Positions 13,211 through 25,945 of a stretch of DNA of 64,000 bases are shown piece by piece. The position numbers and the translations under genes are program-made. The notes below the pieces were generated by a model. It was not told where the DNA came from, did no database searches, and saw nothing but the letters and a program-made list of their open reading frames with translations. The stretch is from assembly GCA_973895155.1 (NCBI GenBank), contig OZ316895.1:928435-992434 (forward strand), in the 5' to 3' direction. How positions within the stretch are numbered: position 1 is the stretch's first letter; each line of letters opens with the position of its first letter. This stretch comes from Marsupella aquatica. Its lineage: Eukaryota; Plantae; Marchantiophyta.

Positions 13211-15526
13211 ATGAACATACCACCGGGACCTTCGGGGTCCGGTTCGACCGGTCCTACTGCGGTTCCTGTGCCACCACCGCCACCACCTATGGCAGCCGCC
13301 CCACCGATGGCCCGCGCTGCCCAAGCTCCTCCACAAATATCGCAACGATCGTGGTTTCATTATCGACCTTTCAAACGGCGTCATGGGGATGATCCGGATG
13401 AATGGTTGGATGAGTTTGAAGCCACTGCTAAGGCTAACGGGGAAGACGCCATTAAGTTAACCGTCCTCCCCAGAGTGATGCGGGGAGAAGCTCGTCCATG
13501 GTATAACTCGCTGCCACCCGGGACTACATGGGCACAATTCCAAGCTGCGTTGTTGCAAGAATTTCGTGCTATTGGATCCGAGTAGCGCTCTCTATTAAAG
13601 ATCGGCTAGCTTCGCATGGGAAAAAAGGAGTCCCTACGAAAGTTCATTCAGAAGTTTCAGAAACTTGCTGCCAAAATACGGCCCAGGCCTGGTGACGCAC
13701 TCCAGCTTACATGGTTCCTCCATGGTTTGCCCACGAATATGCAATTCTGGGTGCGCCAGAATAATCCAATTTCAATGCAAGCAGCCATAGCGTGCGCCAA
13801 AACCTACCGGGAGGACACCTATAACTCCCGGCGAAGCCAGCGGGCACGCCGCAAGAAGGGCAAGTACGAGACCTTCAGTGACAGTGACTCCGAATCAGAC
13901 GATGAGAAGAAGAAGAAACGCAAGAAGAAGAAGAAACATCGTTTGACCTCGTCCAGTTCGGAGACTGAATCCAGTTCGGATTCAACTTCGAACAACGGGT
14001 CCTCCACCTCCAGCTCATCAGGAAGTGATTCGGAGAGTGAGAGCCGGAGCAAGAAGAAGAAAAGGCGGGTTAAGAAGGAGGGGGAAATCAAATCTCGTAC
14101 TCGCAGAGCAATACCCAATCCAAAGGCTGCTGAAGCAGATAAGCTTAACAAAATCACGGATTGCCTCAAAGCACTATCAGTACATCTCGCGGAAAAGCCG
14201 GTGGAGAAGAAGAAACCATCTGGCCTCATTCACAATTGGGTGTACCTCACAGGAACCACTTTCAGGACTCAAAAACATGTTTTTTTAGTGAAAAATGACT
14301 TTTGTAACATGGAAAAAGCTTCATCATGATTTTATCTCAAGACATTTAAGTCTAATTTTTTCACAAGACTATTTTACATGGTGTAACCTACCTCATCATG
14401 TAGATAAATCAAGTTTTTAACTTTTTTAAGGGATCCTATTATTGATGGCCCTAAATAAGCCAAGATTACTGATTATTTTTGTCTTGTACATAAAGGTTTA
14501 GTGTGTGTCAATATTTGAGTTTTAAAATATAAGATTATTCTATTAGTATGCATGCCTTGGTAAAATTTCATTGTCTAAAATGCAAGTTTTAGAGTCCTTT
14601 CGAGTCCTGAAATGATGTGACTCGTTGCGTGACAAGTCCTTTTATCGATCTTTGAAGGACATATAAGGAAAGCTTCAAAGTCTCAAATGCTAGATAGTTT
14701 AATTAATGTTACCAACCTATAGGATGTTTATTAAGTATAGTACATCAAATTTTGCATATCATCTCATTACACCTTACAAATGATGTCCTAAAGCATAATA
14801 AACTATGGTCACTTCTGAGTGTGACGTTTCTTTTGGGTCCTCCAATTGTGAATGAGGCCATCTGAGATTCGAGCCTATGCGTGGTGTTCAAAGTGCTTCC
14901 AATCCGGGCATGTCGTGCAAGAATGCCCAAGATGGAAGAACCAAGTTCACCAGGTGGACTTAGATGATGTCGACAACCCGGGACCTGAAGCGGAGTCCAC
15001 GGAGTATTTCTTTGAAGACCCTCCTGATTCGGTGTATCAGATTTCAACGGTGGGTCCGCGTAACTTAGCAGGTAGAACTGCATACCCCTACCCAGACAAT
15101 GGCCGAGGCTTCCAAGTTATCAGTAACCCTAGCATTCCTCCTAAACCAGGGATTTGGCGATCCCCGGTTTGTTATAGCTGTGAGAAGCCAGGCCATTTTG
15201 CGAGGGAATGCACAGAACCAAGACGCCAGGGGGATGGCCGTGGCACGCCACTTTGTCAAGTATGCAAAACGGAAGCTCATTCCACGGCCAACTGTCCATT
15301 GGTGATGGCCGCTCGAACAAATGCAGCAAGACCAGCCCAGGGCGGACCGGCCACGAGTGATGCGGTCGTCCAAATGATTGCAGTGGAATGGCAAGATGAC
15401 AACACCGAGTGGGTGAATCTGGTGGACGTGGCGGAACACCCTAATCCATCTGACGAGGCTGAGTGCTATCGTGTGTCAACAAGAGCCGAACGGAAGGAAG
15501 AGAAGCAGGAGGAGAAACGCAAGTAA
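13211..15526 (+). pseudogene. gag: Gypsy gag (capsid-like domain, Ser/Lys-rich linker, three CCHC zinc knuckles), interrupted by stops and a MITE
   Basis: PDEWLDEF...GEARPWY...TWAQFQAALLQEF; knuckles CSKCFQSGHVVQEC, CYSCEKPGHFAREC and CQVCKTEAHSTANC. Removing 14222-14859 plus one ATCT restores KKKPSEIRAYAWCSKC in frame. Confidence 0.85.
14222..14859. mobile_element. Non-autonomous TIR DNA transposon (MITE) with 18-bp TIRs and 4-bp TSD; possibly Sola-like
   Basis: GGCCTCATTCACAATTGG (14222-14239) and CCAATTGTGAATGAGGCC (14842-14859). ATCT on both flanks. AT-rich interior. The empty site restores the gag frame. Confidence 0.85.
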
Positions 15527-17400
15527 AAGTAAGAGCTTCGGGCCAGCGATAGATATACCCCCGGAGAAGGACGATGACTACCGACGGGACGACCCGAAGC
15601 TATTTTTCCCCCGCATCAAAGAATTGGTAAAGAAACAGCTGGAGGCCTACGAAGCTCGGGAATACCAGAAGGCAATCGATAAGGACATCAAAGCAGCCAA
15701 GACAGCCCGGCGACAGGAGCAAGAAAAGCAAGATAAGCAAGAGGAAGCCAAGCAGCAGCCGAAGGAAGAAAAGAAGGAGGACTATGATATTAAGGAGGAC
15801 GTGAAGAGTTGCCCGGTTACAGCAACGGTAGGACAACTGCTGCAAAACAATCCACAGTACAAACGGCAACTGAGGGAGTTGCTTACGGGTCGACGATGGA
15901 GAAGACTACCCCGAGTTGGGACCGCGGATTGCAACATGATATGCGAGGACCTGGGAGCGTCGGACATCTCGATTGAAATTAATAATTGTACCATCAGGAT
16001 GGTTCTCGTAGACGGAGGAGCGGGAGTCAACATCATGACGGAAGAAACGTCAGTCAAGTTAGGATACCTCACGTATCAACCCACAGCCCGAGCTATCAGA
16101 TTAGCAAACGGGGCAAGGGTACTTCCATTGGGCACGCTTACACGGGTACTCACTCTGGTAGGAGGGGTGGAGTTCTATCTCAACTTCCTAGTCATGAGGC
16201 CGGTTCGGCCCTCCTCTTATCCGGTCCTCCTAGGCAGGCCGTGGCTGTACGGTGGCCGTGTGGTCACGGATTGGGGAAAGAAGGAGCTACGGTTCGGGAC
16301 ACCCACAGTACGGGTATCATGGGCAATGGACGATTATCAGGGCGAAACCCCACAGGGACCCGAGGAATATGATTCGGAGACCTCGGAGGACGAGGAACTC
16401 AACATGATTGAACTCATATCGTCCCTGTCCAAGGAAGATGTCTTCGGAATTGAGGCAACCCGCGAAACACATCTCCTGAATTACCCGAAGGCTGCTATTG
16501 AGCCCACCCCAAGCACCTCTACTGCCCGGGATGAGGAAACGCAAAAACAACTCATCGATACGGAGGACCCGGCTCCAGCTAAGCAGGGAGCCGATGTTGC
16601 TTCTACCAGTGCAGAGCCTCATGACCACGAACCAGCCAAACAACTGGTCGGGGCTGAAACCCCGAGACCAAGACATAAGAAACGAGTCTCCTGGGATCCG
16701 TCCATCCCGCAGTTGGAGGAAGTCACTCCAATCCCGAGACCAATCCCGGTTCCACTCATGTATGGAGGATTTCGGTTAGCTGAACTTGATGCGAGCCTGG
16801 ACCCGAGCTTGCGGAACCAGGTTGAAGTCATCAGGAAGGAGCACTACCGGAAGTACACCATTGGGATGGATAAATCGTTTAACCTGGGCCACGCTCTGAC
16901 AGGGAGGCGGAAAAATCTATCCAAGCTCTGCTCAAGGAATATGAAGATGTGTTTGCATGGAGCCATCACGATTTAACAGGAGTCTTCCCCGAGTTAGGAG
17001 AACACACGATTGATTTGAATCTGGGGGCCCATGCAGTACGGCAGCGACAACGTCGCATGAACCCAAGGTACTCCATCTTAGTGAAGGAGGAAATTGATCG
17101 TCTCCTCGCCGCAGATATCATCTACCCGGTAATGGCCAGCGACTGGGTCTCTCCCATCGTCATTGTACCGAAAAAGGGAGGAACGGACGGAAAACCTAAG
17201 ATCCGGATTTGTTAGGACTATCGTAAGCTGAACGACGCGACCCGAAAAGACCATTACCTGTTACCCTTCACGGATATGGTTCTAGATATGGTAGCCTGAA
17301 ATGAAATTTATACATTCCTTGACGGGTATTCGGGTTATAACCAAATCTGGATTCGCCTCTCGGATCAGCTCAAAACAACGTTCACTACGGAATGGGGGAC
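15471..17400 (+). pseudogene. pol: Gypsy pol: aspartic protease and N-terminal half of reverse transcriptase
   Basis: MVLVDGGAGVNIM...LLGRPWL; after a frameshift, FAWSHHDLTGV...WVSPIVIVPKK...KIRIC*DYRKLN...FLDGYSGYNQI. Confidence 0.85.
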
Positions 17401-18204
17401 TGATCACTGAGATGAGATTGCCAAAAGGGAATGTGAAGCTCCATTGCGATAGTCAAAGTGCACTCCACCTTGTTGTGAACCAGGTGATGAACAGTAGAGT
17501 GAAGCACATTGACGTCAGGTACCATTTTATCAGGTAGATTATGTCTGATAATATGTTTGAGCTAGTCAAGATTGACGGTAAACTGAACCCCGTTGACGCT
17601 TTTACCAAAGTGATTCCTTTGGAGACACCGTGATGTGTTGCAGGTTTTGCAATTGCCTCACAAGTAGGGTTACTTAACATTTGTGTAAATACTGAGATTT
17701 ACTCTTGCTCATTCCTTGTATAGGCTACGGCTTAGTTTTTGGTCTACTCTAGTATAAAGAGGGAAAAACCAGTTTGGTTTTTTTCTAGAACTTCCTGTTG
17801 AGCAATCATATTATTAGCAGTCTTTACCCTCCCCTAGACCAGAGTCAAGGGGGAGATTGTTAGGATTTACTCTTAGGTCTAGAGTTACGACTGTACCGTA
17901 GTTAAGGCTAGTTACCTTAGTCGCAGACTTGGTTAGGTTAGTCATGTTGTGCACACTCTATACCCAAGCAATGTTTTCTTGGAGAGTGGGAACTCAGACT
18001 CATTGTTACGGACTAGTTGAGAGATAGGGAGAGCTTGCGCTGTGGATGTTTGGTATGGTCAGTCGGCCTAGAGTGTAGTAAAGCTCTTTTGTGTTCCTGT
18101 GGACGTAGCCTCATGTGGAGGTGAACCATGTATCTCTCTGTTTTGACTCTTGTGCATTGGATGATTCATGGGCTTGTCGTTGTGATTGCCATCTATGCTC
18201 AACA
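17401..18204 (+). mobile_element. Ty1/Copia 3' fragment: RNase H end, PPT and 3' LTR
   Basis: LHCDSQSALHLVVNQVMNSRVKHIDVRYHFIR is a Copia RNase H motif. PPT AAGGGGGAGAT precedes TGTTAGG at 17858. Candidate LTR end ...CTCAACA at 18204. Confidence 0.8.
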
Positions 18205-18899
18205 CTGCTAAGGTTGGGTCATCGATGCTTCTATTGATACACATCAATGCCTATATGTAAATGGGACATTCTTGTGGCATGATTGGAAAATCTTACTTGT
18301 AAATGATGTTGGTAACAAAAGGAACAAAAGTCTTGCCGGTAAGGTGATAACAAAGGGCAATCCTCCAGGTCCTTCCCTGGCCCTTTTGCTTGCCCAGGAA
18401 CTTCTTTGGTGACCTGGCAACTTACTGTATTTTGCGAAGGTCTTCCAGGTTTGTGTTGACAGCTTTGAGCTCCAATGGCCGTCTCAATAATGTCAACCAG
18501 ACTCACGATCGAAAAGCAAAGACAAATCACTGCCTCAATGTGCTACAAGCAGCTACACCACATTTCCAGGCATAAAATCCTGTTTTGGCAAGGTTGGAAG
18601 CGAGTCCTTAGTCAATGCTCATTACAGTGAGAAGAGCTGCTTTGAGAACTTTAGGTTAGGGTGAGTAGAGCACTTCCAAGGACTGGATGGTGCGTGCCAA
18701 GGGACTTGTGTCATAAGGACAGAGCCTGACTCATTGTTAACCATTGCCTTCCATACTGTTTGTATGTCAAAATTGTGGTAGTATTACTAATATAAAGCAA
18801 ACCGTGGCAGTTTTCTAATATCAAACATCTTTAATGGCAATGTAGTTCAAATTCTGCTAGAATCAGAATCAAAATCAAAATCTGGGGGCTTCTTACTCT

Positions 18900-19790
18900 A
18901 TAGCCGAGTATGCCATTTACGATGCTGGCTACTCCGGGGGCTTGCGTTCTCCTGCTGAGTATGCCTGCTCGGCCGTCACCGCGGTTTCAGCTTTGTCCTT
19001 CTTGCTCATCTCACACAACGGAAGTTTGCTGGGATGGCACTCGTCTGAAGTATGAAATGATTTGGGGGTGGTTATGCGGTCTTGCCAACGATGGAGTACG
19101 TGATGTGGTGCACACATTCTTTTTGGAATCCATTTTGGATGGTTTCATGCTGGGGATTTCTGAGATGCCTCCGCTATGGGGACCTAGGGATGTACTCGTC
19201 TCACATCCTTCTTCTATTTTTGCCGCTGGACCCCCATAATTGCGGCTCCAATATTCTGCCGATATCTGATATTGCCAGGAGTTGCTCTATGTTAAGGATG
19301 GAGGAGGGCGGAATTGGTGCGTGGATGAGATGGCCTGGTGCGATGCCGTGGACACGGTGCGGAGGGATATTGTGGTGTCTATTCTGGTGACATGTGGGGA
19401 TGGTGACTCTGGTGGCCAGTGGGGAGTGGTTTTTGGTTTTGTTCCAGATTGACCCTGGGTGCATTTTGGGTGGCTTTGCGGACATGGGGGCCCGGTTTTG
19501 CATGTGCTATTCTGGCTTTCCGATGCTTGTTTTTTGCTCTGGATATCCTCCTTCCCTTTCTCTTCTGCCTTCTTCTCTCCAGGCAGACGTGATGGTGTTG
19601 CTCGTTCTTTTTTCTCTCTGGGTGTGCTCCATCTATCAGACCCCTTAATTGCTTTTTCCCTTCTTTCTCCTGCCTCTTCTCCTGGCGGTGGTTGTACTCT
19701 TGGTTTCCTCGAATAAACTTTCTCTGCCGGTGCCCCTTTCCACCAGAATAAAATAGAATAAAATTCAAAATTCAAAATGCAAGGTAGTGT
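18900..19790 (+). mobile_element. Possible decayed LINE 3' fragment
   Basis: Trp/Cys-rich fragments (RSCQRW...DVVHTFF) resemble a LINE zf-RVT region. AATAAA signals and an A-rich end at 19710-19790. Confidence 0.3.
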
Positions 19791-22700
19791 GCTCCAAATC
19801 AATCACACTGGATCCCTATGAAACTGCAACAAGCTGTTGACAGCGCGGGAACCAGCAATCCCTCTCCTCCCCCCTCCTCCCCTGCAGCCCTCAATATTAT
19901 TCAAACAGATTACAGTCCTTGATGTCTTCCGTAGCCTGATCCTTGCCTTGGAAAAGACATGAAAGATTCCATTATTTGCCAAAAAGAGACCCCATGTTTC
20001 CCTTGGCACAATGACAAGAGAGCCTGGGCCCTACTCCCCGTCCTTTCCCAAACCCTCCCCCTCCCCCATTTCACCCTCAGTCTGCCTAAGCCCCAGTCAC
20101 CCCGGGCTGATGTAGGGTTTGGAGTCCCACCAAGTGATTTTGAGCTTTTGGGTCTGACTGGGTCCAATCTTTTCAGCCAGGTCTCACCACCCAAATTCTT
20201 CAAGGGTGGGCTAAAGGACTTTTTGGCAGCACCTGCCTGCCAGTGTATTCTTGCTTGACTCTCTTATTCTATAGTGAGTGGAAATGGGCCACATTCGTGC
20301 AAACTCTTTGGAAACCATGGGAACTACTTTTTGTTTTGGGGGTTTGGGGGGAGGGGGTTGGGAATGGGGGGGAGGAACTACATCAGACTATCTTTTGCTT
20401 TTTTGAAAAGCATAACTTTCTAACAGGTAGAGCTACGTCAGACTCTGTTTGAACTGCTTTCTGATGCCCCATCCATGTTCCTTTCATTGTGAAATAATAA
20501 TAATAAGAAGAAGAATAAAATCCATGTTGGAACTCTAGCTAATCGAAACCTGTCACTATCCAAAATGCCAAAGGAAATGCATAAAAGGCGACAACCGCCA
20601 TTCACAAGCTAATGGCCACGCTCACCCCATGCCAACAGTGCACTCCCCCGCACATGCTAGCTCGTATAAAAAATATTGGATGGTTTTTGCAACCATGCAT
20701 TCCAGGGCCCAAGGAAAAATACACATTTTAAATTTTAAACAGGGGCTATCCTGGATGGTTGCTTTATTTAAACAGTCCTCGAACCATGATTGCGGTAAGC
20801 AAATATTCTAAAGAATTCCTAAAGTCTACCTTCGAAAGGTGTTTCAAAATGATTACCGTCCTAAATAGAGGAAGACTCCAAAGAGGATCGTTCATTGAGG
20901 GGTGGATCCTCTTTGAATTCCTAGGCTTTTTTTAATAAACCATGATTGGCTAAGTCACATGTTTACGTCAAAATCCCACGTAGCGCCAAGGGTTTGTCAA
21001 TGTCTTACAAATTCGTTGTCATCGACCCCATCAACATCTTTCACATATCATTTAAAATGTATCTAAAATCATGAGGGGGTGTTAATTAAACCCATTTTTC
21101 GACCCACCAGGATATCAATTATGCTAAGTATGGTCAAGATATTCTAAAAGGTCAAGGATGGTATCCAAACTAATGATAAGTAGGGCCCAACAATGATAAG
21201 AAGAAACAGGGAGGGGGGAATGAAGACATCCTAGTGGAGCTTAGAGGAACGTGATAGATATTTGTTAGGATCGCCTGAGATATAATTATCAAAAAAGATG
21301 TACTAAGATCAAGCTGAGATGAGAAACTTGGCTTCTGAAATATCCTCCATATTTCTTAACATGTAATGAGGTTGATACAACCGACCTCAATCCTGTATTG
21401 GCCGTATTGTATGCGATAGGACATATGCTTCTTTACCTTTTAAGTTTTCATTTCCCTGTAGAATCGTTTTTGTTGTCTTCCTCTTGTATTGCCTTTTTTG
21501 GGGTAAAAGGAATAACAAAGTTTAATTGACTGTGCATTTATTATTTTGGGTTGTTGTGTCATTACCTAAATCCGTGTAATCAAACAATGCAGAAGTCAAT
21601 GAGGAAGTAGGGTATGGAATGCACAAATGGGTAATGGAGAATCAAGGAGAGAGTCCGGCAAGAGTTAACATGAGAGCAGGGTGGGCAAGTGTGCAGGGCA
21701 GCAGAAAAATCAATCAAGCCCCCTCATGACTTCAGAAATCTATGGACAGCGCAAAATGAGAGGCCTGGGCCCAAAACTCAACCAAATTCACTCACACTAT
21801 TCCTCACAGAAATTGGACTACCTTTTTTCTTACCACTCCTTAATTCCCTTCCCTTCCCTTCCCTCCCCTTCCCCATTTTTCTTTGTTTTCCTTCCTCTGT
21901 ACTTTTGCATTTCCTACTCCTTGCTTTTCCCATTCTCCCTCCACTCTCCACCACCAACGGGAGTCAGAGAGGGCCTGTTAGGGTTGGGCTCAGGGAGTTG
22001 GGAAGGCAGGGTGGGCAGAAGGAGAACAGAAAACAGCCAAAAGTGCATAGGGGGCCTGATGGTCATGGAGTCAGTCATAGGTGGAGGGAGGTGTGGGCAG
22101 TTGGGGATCGTTGGTCAAGGGGGAGGTGAGAGGGACAAGGAAGGAGGGAGAGAGAAAGTTGAAAAATAATTAGTAATTGAGAGGTGGATCCAATCTTGAT
22201 GACAAGGTGGTGAGATTTCAAGGGGAGTCAACATTAAACAACCACCCTCCACCCCCAGACATGCACACAAGAAACCCAAAAATACACGTCTCAAATTGCA
22301 ATCCTAATTTACTAAAACCGTTCCCCCAAAGCATAAAGACCTACCACACAACTATGACCAAAACCAAAACATTACAACCGACCCCCAAAAGAACCCCCAA
22401 AACACTGCCCTCCCCCCCAAAAGGTATTTAGATAATGAACAAAGGTAAGGCAATTCTATAACATTTCTTTCCTTCTCTCTCCCTCACATGGCCATACGGG
22501 CTAGTTGTGGGCACAGGAAATAAGGTTTGCCATGGATAGTACTCGTACATCTTGTCTAGCTCCTCTCCATCACGGCCATACCCAATACTATGTGGGCACA
22601 GGGGGTAAATTATACAATGTGTACAACTCGTACAACTATATGATACTATATAGTGTGTAAGGTGTACCTTATACAGTTAGCACTTTATGTAAGTGGTTCA

Positions 22701-23959
22701 CTGTATGGACATTTCATGGATTTATTTACTGCACTCCCTTGTACGGACATTTCATGGATTTATTCTTACCTTTATGATAAATTTTAACTAGAGTTGGATC
22801 TAGTTTCCACGAGTGAAGATTCTAGTCAATTTTTCAAACTGCTATATGGTGAATGCACATTTCAGATTTTATCTTATTCATATTTTTGTGTAATGTATTT
22901 TCATTTCAATCTACCTTATCTAGGGGGCAGCCTTTGTATTCTATACATTTTAAATTAATTTTTAAACCCCTTTAGTTTTAGGTATTCTAGAGTGTTTTGA
23001 ACTTATTTTGGTAGCCCCCTTTCACAGTATGTGTTTTCTTAGAGATGAAACCAAAGGCTCCACCACCACGAGTGAGAGAAATGATACTGAAGAACATGAA
23101 TGCATAACCTCTTAAGTTCTCCTCATGTTTTTCTTTCCTAGGTTTATGGTTTGAAAGGAGTGTCATTCATAAGGCACCCTCAGTTAAGTGCACACATGGT
23201 AACATAGTTTGACTGTACCTTTTCTTGGTCAGTGTGCTTTTCTTGGCAGACACTTTACTTATATAATAACACTTCTATGTTCTTATATCTTATTTACTTT
23301 CAGATCACTACAAGACAAAAAAATAAAGCATGTTCCATGCTATATCAATAACTGCATGGTTTATCTATATCAAATGACAATCATACATATCTTTTATCAT
23401 GTCTTTTATTTATATTTAAAAAATGAACTTTATGATACCATAGCATATGTGCATAAAAAGAAGAATATGTATATAAAAGAGTATGATATGTTATGTGTAA
23501 TTATTAAAATAATGATATGCATGACAGTTTTTTTACTGTTTTATTAATCTTCCAAAAAATATAAATACAAAAATATTTTGGTGACATTTATATATTGTAT
23601 TCCTCACTATTCATGTTCAAAGAACTAGTAGTTAGGGCTATTCTGATTATAAAAGCACAAACAAAGTTTACTCTTAAGGGCCTGGGGTCTAGAGTGAAGC
23701 TTCTAGACCATAACCCTTACTAGAGACAAAAGTGATTAACTGTCAACAAAAAGAAACTTTAAATAGAGATGGACAAAAATGATATTGATTCCAAATAAAG
23801 AAATTTGAAATGAGAGTGTAAAAAAACAAGGATGGGGAAAATGAACTTAAATAGCATAGAAATTTTATTATGCAAGATTATTTTTCTTCATATTTATTTA
23901 CCTTCATGGAACGACTAATCTGGCTAGTTACTTATAAAGTGCCAACTAGAAGCTAAATT

Positions 23960-24317
23960 GAGTTGAGGCCTAGGCTTCTAGAGTGAAGCCCATAACTCTA
24001 TGGCCCACCATGTCGATGTGAAAACTTATGGCTATGATGTATGTCAAATAATAATCAAACATACTTTTTGTTATGACTTCTATTTACATTAAAAAATGGG
24101 CTCTATGGCCCCACCATAACATATGTGCATAGAAAGAGGGATGGGCATAGAAAGGAGGATGATATGCTATGCATGATTATAAAGATGATGACATGCATAA
24201 TGGTTTTTTTATAATTTCATTAACACTTCAAAGAATGTGAATGGGGAATATACTTTGTTGACACTTTTATTGTCATCTCCCCCTCTTCACTTTCAAAGAA
24301 AGGGTAGTAGGGGCTAG
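23960..24317 (+). mobile_element. Dispersed repeat, possible non-autonomous Helitron (homologous to 61421-61795)
   Basis: Shares CTAGAGTGAAGCC...AACTCTATGGCC...TATGGCCCCACC...TTCAAAGAA.GGGTAGT.GGGGCTAG|T with 61421-61795. Ends in CTAG before T. Confidence 0.45.
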
Positions 24318-24729
24318 TACACATAAAAAGGCAGCCTAGTGTGTAATGTGGGACACAAACTTGAATGTGTCATAAATTACATTGACAGTTATTCATTTTG
24401 CATATCTGGCTGATGTTTTATGATGTGCAACTATGGCAACCCCTTTTTCTTACACCTTTACTTGAGCTCACAGGTGAATCTCAGATCCAGAAAATTGACT
24501 GAATCAATCGAATTGACAACTTCAATCAAATTGGCATCGAAAGTACTTTGTAAGAGTGCAAAAGGCTTATTATAGTTGTTAGGTGTCTTTGTATCTTACT
24601 TTCTGAATATTTCTGGGGAGTGCATCTCCAATTATTACTGGGTTTGGTTGCGCTGATTGATAACACTAGTGCAAACAGATATTTCGTCTTGAACGGAAAT
24701 GGGGGAAGAACACTTAGTAATCTCTCCCC

Positions 24730-25016
24730 ACCCCAATAGTGACACTTTCTTTGTAGGGAACCCATTTCAGGGTGAGCCCCGATGGCTCCAATAGGGACCC
24801 GCACCAGGAGGGACAAAGTATTAAAGCAGGGCCATGAACTGGACAACCAGTGGCATAGTAGATAATCAGAACTCCCATGCACTACCCACAAAACCCATCC
24901 CACCCACACACATATACCCTCCACACCCCTGCGTGTGGAGGGGATTAGGGTTTAGGGGATTGAACTTGGGACCTTTCAGTTCCAGGCTCATCCCCTAGCC
25001 AACTAACCTAGGCCAG
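24730..25016 (-). mobile_element. tRNA-derived SINE-like element
   Basis: Minus strand: A-box-like TAGGTTAGTTGG (25010-24999) and B-box GTTCAATCC (24965-24957) at tRNA-like spacing, followed by a non-tRNA body. The 3' end is approximate. Confidence 0.55.
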
Positions 25017-25726
25017 TTGGTTGAAAGAGACAGTTAGGTGAGGGTGTAAGGTTATATAAACTAAACTGGCCCTAATGCAGCACATTGACTGGGTAACTTT
25101 GTCGTTGATGGGGTTCCCCAGATTGAGATTGGGACGTCCTTCCCAATAAAGTTTGCCTAAAAGACTATTAATTAACTTGTTTTGCTGTCCAATGAAAAAT
25201 TTAGCCTTCCAAAAAGAGTTGGCTGGAGAAACAAGTGGGCCACTTCAGGAAATGGGGAGGAAATTAACTCGGGAATTAAATTCTAGGCATGACAACCTGA
25301 AGACTTTCCATGAGGCTAAATGCCCCCCAAAACTCATTTTTGACTACTGTCTCCCCCCCCCCCCCCTGCCACAACGCCCAGGCACTATATTCTACTTTTG
25401 GGGGAAGCCAAAGTACGCAAAATACTGGAGAAAGTAAACAGAATTCTTTTTTGGTTTGGACACATGAAAATGGCTACCTGCAAAAGTCTGGGAGTAAGCT
25501 TAAATAACTTTTTGCTATCAACGATAGCCAACCAAGTTACTACTACAATAAGCAACCGTTCAGTAACCAAATCCGTTGGACCAGCTCCAAAGTATCCTCG
25601 GATACTCGTGTGTGTAGCTTCTTAATTGGATATGCCAAAATGGACCTGCTCAAACTATACAGTCACGACTAGTAAAGTATTAATTCTTAGCCATTATTCT
25701 TAGGAATATTTGTTCTAACAAAATAC

Positions 25727-25945
25727 TTGTATCCCCTCCGAAGTTCTCGTTATTGGTTTGGGGGATTTGTGGTTTACACGGCAGAAAGAGCATCATTCTC
25801 TGCCCCTGAGGAAAATTTGTTGTATGAACAAGAACATGTATCCCCTCCGAAGTTTTCGTTGTTGGTTTGGGAGTTTGTGTTTTACAAGGCAAAAAGATTA
25901 TCATTCTCTCCCTCTCCGACGTTTTCGTTCTTGGTTGGGGGATTT
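25727..25945. repeat. Tandem repeat, about 110-bp unit, roughly two and a half copies
   Basis: TGTATCCCCTCCGAAGTT.TCGTT.TTGGTTTGGG...TCATTCTCT recurs near 25728 and 25837, with a partial copy near 25910. Confidence 0.8.

Larger units (their letters stand above)
9575..17400 (+). mobile_element. Ty3/Gypsy LTR retrotransposon (non-chromovirus, Tat/Athila-like), 3'-truncated
   Basis: TGTGACGCC start, TATAAAA near 9934, tRNA-Asn PBS at 12983, gag with three CCHC knuckles, protease (LVDGGAGVN), RT N-terminal half (FAWS, DYRKLN, FLDGYSGYNQI, KTTFTTEWG). Breaks into Copia sequence near 17401. The 5' boundary is inferred. Confidence 0.85.
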
